IMG/VR virus record: IMGVR_UViG_3300025840_000032
Span: 457-64,456 of that record
Strand: one strand, 5' to 3'
Origin: a virus
Lineage: Duplodnaviria; Caudoviricetes
DNA: 64,000 nucleotides
The notes beneath the pieces were generated by a model. That model ran no database searches. It was not told the origin of the DNA and saw only the letters and a program-made list of their open reading frames with translations. The stretch's first letter is position 1; each line of letters begins with the position of its first letter. This document shows positions 9,281 to 18,886 of the stretch, piece after piece. The position numbers and the translations under genes are program-made.

Positions 9281-9883
9281 TTACTCTAAATTCTTTAAAA
9301 TATTGTATACCGACATCACTACATTCCGGTTGTCTTTAAATTCATCTGGAATGTAAGGCATTAATTTTTCTATCGTCAAATCGTCTAATATCTCACGGAA
9401 ATCCGTAGCACTTAACTTGGATCCAGGCTCTCCAGGTGTCATTGGTGCTTCACTTATATTAAACGTTACCCCTTCTGGTGTGTATTTATCTGCCATGGCA
9501 AATCGCTTTGCATCATCCCCAACACCTCCAACCCCTAATAATACCTGATCACCCGGGTTGGTTTGTTCCTTTAAAAAATCTAAAACATACTTAACTGGTT
9601 GAGGGTTAACTATTACTTGAACATTTTTAAGTGGTAATTTATCAATATACTGTTCTAATACTTCAGCAGCTTTCTTTCCAGTAACCTTTTTACCTGCTGG
9701 AGTCTTTCTTGCACTCTTTTCAGATGGTTCACTTACTATAACATATAAATCATCAACCTGATCTGCAAAATATTTGATGTTGTTGAAATGCCCTTTATGT
9801 GGTGGTTTAAATGATCCAGGAAATAACCCAATCTTTCGTCCAGTTTGTTCTTTTAAATAGAAATCTTTAAATGTCTTGGCCAT
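9281..9883 (-). CDS. HIGH-motif cytidylyl/nucleotidyltransferase
   Basis: GLFPGSFKPPHKGH and SATDFR motifs; TAAATA upstream. Confidence 0.85.
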   Translation of the reverse strand: MAKTFKDFYLKEQTGRKIGLFPGSFKPPHKGHFNNIKYFADQVDDLYVIVSEPSEKSARKTPAGKKVTGKKAAEVLEQYIDKLPLKNVQVIVNPQPVKYVLDFLKEQTNPGDQVLLGVGGVGDDAKRFAMADKYTPEGVTFNISEAPMTPGEPGSKLSATDFREILDDLTIEKLMPYIPDEFKDNRNVVMSVYNILKNLE

Positions 9884-11150
9884 TATTTGTATTTAATGAA
9901 ACCCAATTGTTATATAATTGTTTGAAATGTGAAGTAAATCGATTATGTAACATATCCAGAAATTCTGTTTGTATGTTCATGTTGGTATCTAAAACTTCTG
10001 GGCTCGCTATCATTGAAAAAATAGATAAATCAACATCCATATCTAAAGTGTCAATGAATTCTTGCATATGTTCGTTAAACAATATATCGTAAACAAAAAA
10101 TTCTATACTATGATACTTTTGCAATAATGTGATAAAAAATTGATACCGAATCTGCTTCAATGTAGCATCATAACTATATAAATCTGTAGACATATACTCA
10201 TCGTATTTGTTCTTTATTTGTTTGTATATAGTCGGCAAATTATACTCATCAATATCGGTGTCATCTACATGTAATACAGATCGTGATCCGAAAAGATCTA
10301 AATTGTTACCTGTGATAATATTGTTATCTGCAGAAGTGATTTTAATATTAGGAACACCATACATACTTAATTCTGTATCACGTATAGTATGATAAACTAG
10401 CCCGTCAATTGATAATCCAATACCATTTCGATTAAGAACCCAATCTAATAAATTTTCATCACCGTAATGATGTTGTTCTATGTAAAGATCTGTATCATGT
10501 AATGATTTAAATACAACTTCTCTAATGCTTGTCCCTGGGTTACCATACCAAACAAACTTACCATATTCATAATTTGTTTGTTTTCGATGATCGTATATTT
10601 TATCTATGGTTAGGTCTTTTAGAAAATATAGTTTCCGAAAGGATTCACATAAAAACCCTTGTTTACATAGTGTAAATCCTTTATATAATGATTTATCTGG
10701 TTCGGATTTAGGTTCATTATATCCAATTGAATGATATACCATATTCTTATACTTTATTGGTTGTTTAAAAAACCAATCAGAAACATCTTCTGGTCTGTTA
10801 TAATAATACTTTTGTTCTTTTTGTATAAAAACCAATAATTTATCACTATTGTACCCTAAATCTTTAATTGTTGTTTCGTATAACTGTTTTACTTCTGGAT
10901 AATAATTATTAACAACACATTCCGGGATAATTAATTTTAATGGTTTAAGTTCTTTTATTGCTTCAACATAAATATCCCAATTTGGTGGGTTAAACGTTCC
11001 ACCATAATTAGGGTCAATATACCCACCAATACTACAATCGAACAAAACCGGGCCATCTTTACAAAGAAGAACGTAAATATCGTAATTAAATATGGTGCAA
11101 GACGGGTTGGGTTTATGGTTTAAGGTAGGATGATATTGTAGAAATTCCAT
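9867..11150 (-). CDS. putative glycosyltransferase-like protein
   Basis: FVWYG...R...GLSIDG....RD.E....G.P.I resembles GT-B C-terminal domains; weak match. Confidence 0.4.
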   Translation of the reverse strand: MEFLQYHPTLNHKPNPSCTIFNYDIYVLLCKDGPVLFDCSIGGYIDPNYGGTFNPPNWDIYVEAIKELKPLKLIIPECVVNNYYPEVKQLYETTIKDLGYNSDKLLVFIQKEQKYYYNRPEDVSDWFFKQPIKYKNMVYHSIGYNEPKSEPDKSLYKGFTLCKQGFLCESFRKLYFLKDLTIDKIYDHRKQTNYEYGKFVWYGNPGTSIREVVFKSLHDTDLYIEQHHYGDENLLDWVLNRNGIGLSIDGLVYHTIRDTELSMYGVPNIKITSADNNIITGNNLDLFGSRSVLHVDDTDIDEYNLPTIYKQIKNKYDEYMSTDLYSYDATLKQIRYQFFITLLQKYHSIEFFVYDILFNEHMQEFIDTLDMDVDLSIFSMIASPEVLDTNMNIQTEFLDMLHNRFTSHFKQLYNNWVSLNTNNGQDI

Positions 11151-11160
11151 GCATATTATT

Positions 11161-12555
11161 TTATCTTCGATTATATCCAGATCCACCGGGATCTTTCATA
11201 CTTCTAGGATTGTTAAAATATGACGAGAAATCCATCTTACCACCACCGTAATTTACCATCGGAGCTGATTGATCATCTTCTTCACTAGCAGCTAATTTTT
11301 GTCTAGCTGGTGATGCAAAGGCACCTCCCATACCATCAACAATAAAATCTCCAGTGATTTTAATTGAATTTGGATTACCGTGGGCATCTTTACCATAATC
11401 TTGATCAGTTATAACTATACCTTCATGCGATGATGTATCTCCGTATTTATCTGTTGTATAGTTATTAAGAACTTCATTACCTAAAACTCGAGTAATATGA
11501 TACGTTAACGCTCCATTGACTGCGGTTTGAATATCTTCTTCCTTATATACTTCATCTAATGGTTGCTGACCATTTAAAACTGTCATGTAATTGTTCTTAC
11601 TAACAGCTCCTAAAATTTTACCATCCAATGTTTGAATCTTATCAGTTTTAGGTATTTTTACCATCCGGTTAAACCATTGATCTAGTGGTTGTTCAACGGT
11701 TTCATTACGTGAATAAACCACGGTAAATGGTTGACCTAAAACGTGTTCAAAATTAACTACACCACGTTTTGTAACATATATCCCGGTAATCACATCAAAA
11801 CCAAATTCTTCTGCAAAGGGTTTTACCTTTTCTCTGAGGGATTCTAATACTTCAGGATCGAATTGAATTTTTCTAGATACTGTTTTATCTATTACCATTT
11901 TACCAGAAACAGGGTCTTTATAAGTTGACGGTTTAAGGCCCGGTCTAGTTTCTTCACCTTGTCGATTTCGCTTTTGATAAAACTGATTAACACCATGAAA
12001 TGCTATTAATTTAGCTGACCCATAATCGACGACATTTTCTTTACCATCGATATATTCAGTATTAATAAATTTTGTTGGATCGGTATATAATCCTAGATCC
12101 ATTAATTCATCTTTTATTGAAGGTAATGCTGCATTCATAATCTCCAATATCATTTTACCTTTACGAATCATCCCATGAGCTTTACCAGTTACTGGGTCGG
12201 GTTGAAATCTAGTTTGAAGATTATCGATGGTTATACCCCTAACATCAATTTCTTTTTGTGAACCACGATCTAATGCAAATTGTTTTGGATTATTTGGATC
12301 GTGTTCGTCGCCAACTACCTTTAATGATAGGTTCACACCATCTAATTTAACGGTTGCGGTTCCGTGGTCTAATTTTTCAACTGCATCATAAAATGTAGAA
12401 ACGATATCATCAAGAGTTTTAACAGATGGTACATCAAACGGGTGCCACATATGCCCTCCCGCTCCGCCGGAAAGTAATAATTGTTCATCGGTTTGTTGTA
12501 ATGTACCGATTTTATACAAGTTAAAAATATTATCGTTTTCGTTTAATAATTTCAT
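11161..12555 (-). CDS. ATP-dependent ligase/covalent nucleotidyltransferase-fold protein (DUF6267-like)
   Basis: GHMWHPFD, KLDG (motif I), INTEY (III), EGIVI (IV), KITGDF (V). Confidence 0.6.
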   Translation of the reverse strand: MKLLNENDNIFNLYKIGTLQQTDEQLLLSGGAGGHMWHPFDVPSVKTLDDIVSTFYDAVEKLDHGTATVKLDGVNLSLKVVGDEHDPNNPKQFALDRGSQKEIDVRGITIDNLQTRFQPDPVTGKAHGMIRKGKMILEIMNAALPSIKDELMDLGLYTDPTKFINTEYIDGKENVVDYGSAKLIAFHGVNQFYQKRNRQGEETRPGLKPSTYKDPVSGKMVIDKTVSRKIQFDPEVLESLREKVKPFAEEFGFDVITGIYVTKRGVVNFEHVLGQPFTVVYSRNETVEQPLDQWFNRMVKIPKTDKIQTLDGKILGAVSKNNYMTVLNGQQPLDEVYKEEDIQTAVNGALTYHITRVLGNEVLNNYTTDKYGDTSSHEGIVITDQDYGKDAHGNPNSIKITGDFIVDGMGGAFASPARQKLAASEEDDQSAPMVNYGGGKMDFSSYFNNPRSMKDPGGSGYNRR

Positions 12556-14000
12556 GTTAAAATAATTCTAGGTGATCTAGCAAATACTGTTTGTGATTTA
12601 AATCCACTACCTTCAAATACATCAATATATACGTCAAACTGTACTTCTGGTACTTTTTCTAATTGGGAATATATTTTTTGAATACTAGGTTCTTTACAAT
12701 TAATTACAACACATGTAAATTTATTATCATTCCCAGCTGTTAAGTAATCAAAACCTATGTGTTCTTGATAACATACAATTGCAATAGCTCCAACTAATCG
12801 TTGAAAGTTATCATAATTGACACGAGGGTTAAATTGTGTAAAATCTCTCTCTTTAAAGAAATGTTGGAGATCCTTTCGGAGATTATGTTTTATGTGTTCA
12901 TACGTCTTGAGTTCGGAAAACACTTTAACGTAATTCCCCACATCATCTCCTTCGTCGCTGAAAAGGGATGCTATTTGTGATGGTAAGTTGGTTTGTTTTT
13001 TACCAGCAGTAGCCATTTTTTGATTAAGTTTGTCAATAATAGCTGTATAATATGTTAATTGTGTCCCACCTCTAGATGATGGTGTAAAACTTTTAGTGAT
13101 ATATGTATTGAAAAATTCGCGTATATCTGCTTTATCAATACCGGCTTTTAAATTAGTTGGAATAGACACACCGGAGTTGTTAAGTATTGCTTTTGCTTTT
13201 TCATATGCCTGTTCAGCTAATTCGAATTTTTGTTGATCAGCGTAATCTTTAACCAATTGAAAATAATTGATTAATTTTTGGAACTTTTCATATTGTAAAT
13301 CGGTATATACACTTTGAGCAACTAATCTGCTACTAATTTTGTTCATATTACCATCTCCACCTAATACTGCACCGGATCCTCCAACACCGTTTGTTTTGAT
13401 CTCAACTTCTTCTCCAGACCATTGTAAATCCCCACTTTTCCCTTTCTTTGCAGTTCCAAATATTGAAAATGTTGCTTCTCCTAACCCAACATTAGTGGAT
13501 GCCCCTGGTTTGATATTTAAATGAATCTCTTTGATTAAATTTTCTAACCCTCCCCTGTCGTTTTCTTTGAATTGTCTAGGAAGTTTGTCAATAATTGCAT
13601 CAACAAAATTTGTAACCTTAAGAACTCCAAGATCTTCTAAAGATAATAACCTATCTTTAAATTTTGCCAGATAATTTATTAATTCCACTGCATGGTTATA
13701 GCCAGAATTAATAATGATAGACTGCATTTGATCAACTGCTGGTTTACTACCTTTTCCGGACCAATCACCATTTTTAAAAATGGTTTGTATAGCCTCTTCT
13801 ATATCATTTTCAGCTTCTATCCGGATTCTATTACGGATTTTTTTGGCATATACATCTGTTAATGTATAATTTTCCGCATCACCGTCTTTGAAATCAAATG
13901 ACACGGTTACATCTTCTCCAAGAATTTGCTGTCTTGGTAATTTAGGAACAGATTTATACGCAACTTGAGCGTAAATGTCTTGTAATGATCGGTAGTTCAT
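12552..14000 (-). CDS. PD-(D/E)xK nuclease-fold protein
   Basis: VGLGE...GDL......VEIK arrangement of restriction-endonuclease-like active sites. Confidence 0.5.
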   Translation of the reverse strand: MNYRSLQDIYAQVAYKSVPKLPRQQILGEDVTVSFDFKDGDAENYTLTDVYAKKIRNRIRIEAENDIEEAIQTIFKNGDWSGKGSKPAVDQMQSIIINSGYNHAVELINYLAKFKDRLLSLEDLGVLKVTNFVDAIIDKLPRQFKENDRGGLENLIKEIHLNIKPGASTNVGLGEATFSIFGTAKKGKSGDLQWSGEEVEIKTNGVGGSGAVLGGDGNMNKISSRLVAQSVYTDLQYEKFQKLINYFQLVKDYADQQKFELAEQAYEKAKAILNNSGVSIPTNLKAGIDKADIREFFNTYITKSFTPSSRGGTQLTYYTAIIDKLNQKMATAGKKQTNLPSQIASLFSDEGDDVGNYVKVFSELKTYEHIKHNLRKDLQHFFKERDFTQFNPRVNYDNFQRLVGAIAIVCYQEHIGFDYLTAGNDNKFTCVVINCKEPSIQKIYSQLEKVPEVQFDVYIDVFEGSGFKSQTVFARSPRIILT

Positions 14001-14003
14001 AAT

Positions 14004-14372
14004 TTAATAGTCTATATCTGGATCGTCGGAATATGTTGAAATATACCGTTTTATCTTTGATAACATTTCGCGACCGTTTTCTTCATTAATCTCTCCTTCT
14101 AAAATTTCACTTGGAATATCCCCATCAGTATTAATTTGTAATGCTTTCCTAATCAACCGGATTAATTCAACTTCACCTTCGGATGATAATTGTTGTACTT
14201 CAGGTTCTCCTTGGGGTTCAGCAGGGGGTTGAGGGGGCATAGGATCGATAGGTTCGCCTGGTTGCTGAGGCATTTGAGCTGGATTGAACAACGGGTTAGG
14301 TCCTTGTTCATTAATCGCTTGGTGTCTAGAGTTCACCAGTTTAAAAAATTTGCTTTTAGTTGAAACGTTCAT
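14004..14372 (-). CDS. hypothetical Pro-rich/acidic protein
   Basis: 122-aa ORF in minus-strand late cluster. Confidence 0.65.
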   Translation of the reverse strand: MNVSTKSKFFKLVNSRHQAINEQGPNPLFNPAQMPQQPGEPIDPMPPQPPAEPQGEPEVQQLSSEGEVELIRLIRKALQINTDGDIPSEILEGEINEENGREMLSKIKRYISTYSDDPDIDY

Positions 14373-14377
14373 AAGAT

Positions 14378-14839
14378 TTAAGATTGTAAAGCTTTCTTGA
14401 GGTTATTAGTATTGTCTTCATACTTTTTGACAGCTAATTTACTAACATTTACCCTATTTTTTACTGCTCTATTAGCCTGATATGCTGATGTACCGACACC
14501 AAACGCACCTAATTGTTTAGTGGGTTTTTGAGCTAACCGTTCAACTGCGTCATCAACATCATATTTGCTGCTAGAATCCTTTGAGCCTCTACCTGTAATA
14601 GCAAATTCGTCTTCATCCTCAGCTGAAGGAGTTGGATTTTTAATGAGTTCATTAACTTTAAAATAGGTTCTAATTAAATTCTTGTACACGTCTGGGTTTT
14701 CATCGTGAGTAATTTTGGATGATGCAAATTCCAATACAACCGAAATTTTTTCTAATAAATCTTTACTGATTTGTACTTTATCGGAGGTATCAGATACATA
14801 TTTCTCAAACCCTTCGTTGATGGCTTGGTCAAATTTCAT
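14378..14839 (-). CDS. hypothetical late protein
   Basis: TAAATA 5 nt upstream; N-terminus MKFDQAINE. Confidence 0.7.
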   Translation of the reverse strand: MKFDQAINEGFEKYVSDTSDKVQISKDLLEKISVVLEFASSKITHDENPDVYKNLIRTYFKVNELIKNPTPSAEDEDEFAITGRGSKDSSSKYDVDDAVERLAQKPTKQLGAFGVGTSAYQANRAVKNRVNVSKLAVKKYEDNTNNLKKALQS

Positions 14840-14847
14840 ATATCTAT

Positions 14848-15408
14848 TTAATGAAAAACAATTTGTTTAGTCTTAATGTCATTGAAATATTCTCCTGATA
14901 AAAACGTTAATCCATTGTTTTTCGCATATTTTTTGATCTTCTCAAATGTAAATCGTTCAATATTGAACTTATCAACAGCGGATTTTATCTTTAATAGCGT
15001 ACCATGAGCTCTCCCGTCACCACGCGTGATTAGTTCTTTGAAGAATTCTAACGATTTATATGAAATTACTATTTTAATTGGTAATAGTAACCTCATGCGC
15101 AATAATATGTTCGTTAAAATATGCAAATAATCTTGTTCATCAACAAATTCAAGTATTGGGCTATCATAAAATTGAGTATTACAAAAATATACAACGGGTT
15201 TTGATGTATATTGTTTATTGTTAATGAAATCAATGGTTTCTTTAATAGTAAAATGAATTAATATCCGGTGAATATCTTTATTTTTTGTAAAATTATCCTG
15301 TAGAAGTCCTAAATCATGCAGATGGTTAATCAAAGATATTTCATAAGATTTGTGTATCTCATGAAAATCTTGTAAAAAGATATTAAATTCCGGAAATTCA
15401 AGATCCAT
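14848..15408 (-). CDS. hypothetical protein
   Basis: 186-aa ORF; faint resemblance to the N-terminal half of T4 RNase H. Confidence 0.6.
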   Translation of the reverse strand: MDLEFPEFNIFLQDFHEIHKSYEISLINHLHDLGLLQDNFTKNKDIHRILIHFTIKETIDFINNKQYTSKPVVYFCNTQFYDSPILEFVDEQDYLHILTNILLRMRLLLPIKIVISYKSLEFFKELITRGDGRAHGTLLKIKSAVDKFNIERFTFEKIKKYAKNNGLTFLSGEYFNDIKTKQIVFH

Positions 15409-15413
15409 ATCAT

Positions 15414-15638
15414 TTAGTATTCATTTTCTTGTTCATAATACTTTACTATCAGAACAACACCAGTTATTACCAATATTAACCCAGTTAACGTTAATGTAAC
15501 AGATAACGGTAACTCATACCACAGATCTTCAAATGGTTTAGTTTCCGGTACAAATGACCATATATAAAACGGTACCCAAATACCGATCCAGATAGGAATT
15601 GATCGAATAATCACATTTAATAAGTGTATCACTAACAT
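15414..15638 (-). CDS. small membrane protein
   Basis: Two hydrophobic segments; TTGATT-N16-TATCAT promoter 6 nt upstream. Confidence 0.6.
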   Translation of the reverse strand: MLVIHLLNVIIRSIPIWIGIWVPFYIWSFVPETKPFEDLWYELPLSVTLTLTGLILVITGVVLIVKYYEQENEY

Positions 15639-15676
15639 GTGTGCATGATAAAAACGATCTTAATTTAATCAACCAT

Positions 15677-15736
15677 TTTTATCGGAACGGATAGAAGGGT
15701 GAGATGTTTAATCCGGTGGAGGCAGGGGCCTGATAA
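15677..15736 (-). ncRNA. candidate small structured RNA
   Basis: GC-rich intergenic island downstream of TTGATT-N17-TAATAT, no start codon, two hairpins plus closing stem. Confidence 0.3.
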
Positions 15737-15769
15737 TAAAATATTAACGTTCCGCCCAAAAGAAATCAA

Positions 15770-16180
15770 CTAACTTTTTTTGATTTTATTCAATCTAACG
15801 TTAATTATCCCGTTATAATAATCTTCTCTCAATAATACATCATGAGCTAATTGCAATTTAAGTTCTTCGTATGCAAGCTCACTCTTACTACAACAAAATT
15901 GAACTATTTCAAAAATAAATTTATCTTTACCATATTCAATTAAATCGTGATTCACTTTATCCGACGATGATGTGTAAACTTTCCAATCAGTTTCCTTAAC
16001 AATATGTCGTCTTCGGTTTTTACCTTTTAGTGGTGGGAGTTTAACAATTTTTCTTGCTTGTTTTTTGCCAATGTATCTCTTACCGTTTACTGTGTTGGTT
16101 ATAAGATACACAAAACCAAAAAAGTCTTCAGGGATAGGTAAAGCTCCGTTATATATCCAATGTCCTAGGTCGGTTGTCAT
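15770..16180 (-). CDS. GIY-YIG endonuclease (T4 endonuclease II/DenA-like)
   Basis: FGFVYLITN...KRYIGKK, W..Y.SS, YYNG.I. Confidence 0.8.
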   Translation of the reverse strand: MTTDLGHWIYNGALPIPEDFFGFVYLITNTVNGKRYIGKKQARKIVKLPPLKGKNRRRHIVKETDWKVYTSSSDKVNHDLIEYGKDKFIFEIVQFCCSKSELAYEELKLQLAHDVLLREDYYNGIINVRLNKIKKS

Positions 16181-16199
16181 ATAAGAGATTTAAGAACTA

Positions 16200-16391
16200 T
16201 TATTTTTTCTTCAATCTCTTCTTTTTCTTTTTATTCCGTCGTTGAACAGACCCTAAAGCTTTTGGAGCTCTATAATCACCAGTTGCATATGAATCACTAG
16301 AAAACTGTCCTGATGAAAAATCTCCAAATACACCACCAGTACCAGCCGTCATGTCTTCATCTAAAATCTTTTTAAAAAATTTGTTAAACAT
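16200..16391 (-). CDS. small late protein
   Basis: MFNKFFKKILDED N-terminus, basic tail. Confidence 0.6.
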   Translation of the reverse strand: MFNKFFKKILDEDMTAGTGGVFGDFSSGQFSSDSYATGDYRAPKALGSVQRRNKKKKKRLKKK

Positions 16392-16427
16392 TTGATTACT
16401 TTAGTATTTATCATATTATACCAATAT

Positions 16428-16826
16428 ATGTCGGATATAATTGAAAAATATGACGCTGAACTTAAAGAACACGTCACTGTTGATAGTCTGAATCTAAAAG
16501 ATAGAACTAGACAATTACCAGCGTATAAACATATTTGGGTTGGCCGACTCATAAGACATAAAATTGAGTTGAATAAGCTTAAAGATACAAAATATGAAAA
16601 ATTAGAAGAGTTAAAACAACGAATCCGAGCAGAACATCTCACTACATTATCCGCACCTGCAGCTGAAAAATATGCCAATAATACAGCTGTTATGAAAGAA
16701 ATCAATAAAAAAATCGTTGACCAAGAGCTGATAATTGAATATCTTGAAAAGGTCGAGAAAATTATGCACTCTTATGGCTTTGATTTGAAAAATATGATTG
16801 AAATTGAAAAATTGGAAACAATGTAA
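16428..16826 (+). CDS. uvsY: recombination mediator UvsY-like
   Basis: Helical 132-aa protein ending F.LKN.IE..KL, upstream of uvsW. Confidence 0.65.
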   Translation: MSDIIEKYDAELKEHVTVDSLNLKDRTRQLPAYKHIWVGRLIRHKIELNKLKDTKYEKLEELKQRIRAEHLTTLSAPAAEKYANNTAVMKEINKKIVDQELIIEYLEKVEKIMHSYGFDLKNMIEIEKLETM

Positions 16827-17308
16827 TGATTAAACTAATACTTTTTGATATAGATGGTGTTCTAACAGATGGAACAGCAACATACGACTCTGAAGGAGTT
16901 GCTGTTGGTAAAAATTTTAACCATAAAGATATTTCAGCTCTTCGGAGATTTCAACCGGAACTTGGTATTGATGTTGCGTTATGCACATGTAGTAAGGAAA
17001 TTAACTTGAATTATGCTAACCGTAAGAACTTATCATGTTACTATATTCCATACGATCCTGGTAGGACAGAAAAACAACACCTGTTACCGGAAATTATTGC
17101 GAGATATAATTACGATCTTGATGAAATAGGGTTTGTTGGAGATGATATCCAAGATGTAGAAATTATGAAACTAGTTGGATATAGATGGTGCCCGAAAGAT
17201 GCAATATCAGATGTTCAGATTTTATGTGAGACACAAAACAGATTGAATATTAAAGGTGGTCGTGGTGTTGCAAATTATTTATTTCAACAGCTAGCTAGCA
17301 AATATTAA
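16826..17308 (+). CDS. KdsC-like HAD phosphatase
   Basis: LFDIDGVLTDG, FVGDDIQD, GGRG motifs. Confidence 0.85.
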   Translation: MIKLILFDIDGVLTDGTATYDSEGVAVGKNFNHKDISALRRFQPELGIDVALCTCSKEINLNYANRKNLSCYYIPYDPGRTEKQHLLPEIIARYNYDLDEIGFVGDDIQDVEIMKLVGYRWCPKDAISDVQILCETQNRLNIKGGRGVANYLFQQLASKY

Positions 17309-17318
17309 GGATAAAATT

Positions 17319-18086
17319 ATGGCAACGTTTGCAAATTTAGTTATACCAATGGCTGGTCAAAGTTCATCCTTTTCTAATAAAGGGATTAAAACACCAAAAC
17401 CATTCATTGATATATTTGGGAAACCGATGGTGCAACATGCATTTGAAAGTCTTGATTTAATGCCGTATGTTACACCAATTTTTGTTATAACAAAAAATCA
17501 TGATGATTGTTATAACGCATGTAATGTTATTAAAGAATTTTGTCCAGGCGCAAAATTTGTGGTGTTAGATAGCACAACATCTTGTCCAGCTGAATCTTTG
17601 TATAAGGCTAAACCATACATTAACAGCGATAAACCGTTAATACAATCCAATGTAGATCAAATTTTACAGTGGGATTCAGATCGATTTTTATCTGTTATTA
17701 ATAGAAACGATCCAGATGGTGCTGTAATTACAGTAAAAACTACAGACCCTCATTATAGCTATATTAAGGTTGATTATACCGGTAAAGCTATCAAACTTAC
17801 CGAAAAAGAAGTTATATCCAATAGAGGTTTAATTGGCACACATTATTGGAAACGTGGTGATGATTTTATATGGAGTTATGAAGTTGCAAAGCAACAAGGA
17901 ATTAATTATAATGGCGAATTATATATTTCACAAACTTATAATCCTTTGATAGAAGCTGGTCACACTATTAATGATTATAGACTTTTAGATGATGAAAAAC
18001 AATACCCGGTAGGTGATCCCAAACAATTAAATGAATACACTAACAAATTCCCATTTATTAACAATCTTGGTGTTGTCGTCAGATAA
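17319..18086 (+). CDS. sugar-phosphate nucleotidyltransferase
   Basis: IPMAG.SS.F...G...PKPFI...GKPM; EKEVIS; NGELYI. Confidence 0.8.
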   Translation: MATFANLVIPMAGQSSSFSNKGIKTPKPFIDIFGKPMVQHAFESLDLMPYVTPIFVITKNHDDCYNACNVIKEFCPGAKFVVLDSTTSCPAESLYKAKPYINSDKPLIQSNVDQILQWDSDRFLSVINRNDPDGAVITVKTTDPHYSYIKVDYTGKAIKLTEKEVISNRGLIGTHYWKRGDDFIWSYEVAKQQGINYNGELYISQTYNPLIEAGHTINDYRLLDDEKQYPVGDPKQLNEYTNKFPFINNLGVVVR

Positions 18087-18849
18087 ATACCAACCAATTT
18101 TAAAATTGTGGTCCCACTACTTTAATAAACATTGGAAGGATTGCCCATATAAAACTTACACCGTTTCAAATACTAAACCAATATCGTTACCTAATATTGA
18201 ATGTTTAGTGACTAATGTACCTGTAATGGATAATGCCGATCATTTCAAACAAATGATGTTACATGCATTAAATCACATAACAACACCATATGTGTTATGT
18301 GTTGTTGAGGATCAAATTATTGTTAAGGATGTTATTTCCGAAAATTTTGATCACGTTGTTAACTATATGGATAATAATGACATTACAAAAGTACGTTGTT
18401 TATCCATGCCATGTGGTGATCATCCATTAGAAGTTGAAGATGGTTTTATAAATTCTGAAAATTTTGGAATTATTGACAACAACAATGAATATAGAAATTC
18501 ACTTCAAGCTGCAATATGGAATCGATCTAGATTAATAGAACTTTTAAATGTTTATACAACCGATTTTTCTGGTTGGGTATTTGAATGTGATGAGCAATTC
18601 CGTAATAAATCCAAAGATTGGACATATATAGCATGTAACCACGGAAAAGGTGGTCATTTATTAGATCGACCTGAAGGAAAGGGTGATTCACCATTATTAC
18701 AGTACGTTGAGTTGGTACGTTGGGGATTGTTTGATAGGATTTATATTGATTTCTTCCGGGATATGGTTAAGAAGGATGGATTATCAATTGACACACCTGA
18801 ATATAAGCCATTTGGGGCAGGATTAAAAAAGGAAGAATTACCATTATAG
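18031..18849 (+). CDS. putative glycosyltransferase (GT-A)
   Basis: ILVLSSDKY, YVLCVVED, SLQAAIW, W.FE motifs. Confidence 0.6.
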   Translation: MNTLTNSHLLTILVLSSDKYQPILKLWSHYFNKHWKDCPYKTYTVSNTKPISLPNIECLVTNVPVMDNADHFKQMMLHALNHITTPYVLCVVEDQIIVKDVISENFDHVVNYMDNNDITKVRCLSMPCGDHPLEVEDGFINSENFGIIDNNNEYRNSLQAAIWNRSRLIELLNVYTTDFSGWVFECDEQFRNKSKDWTYIACNHGKGGHLLDRPEGKGDSPLLQYVELVRWGLFDRIYIDFFRDMVKKDGLSIDTPEYKPFGAGLKKEELPL

Positions 18850-18886
18850 TAGTTGAATAGTAATGACTTGGTAATACTATTTAACT

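Noticed and set aside
15670-15770. tRNA gene in the GC-rich intergenic island
   Set aside because: No cloverleaf, T-loop GTTCRA or acceptor stem
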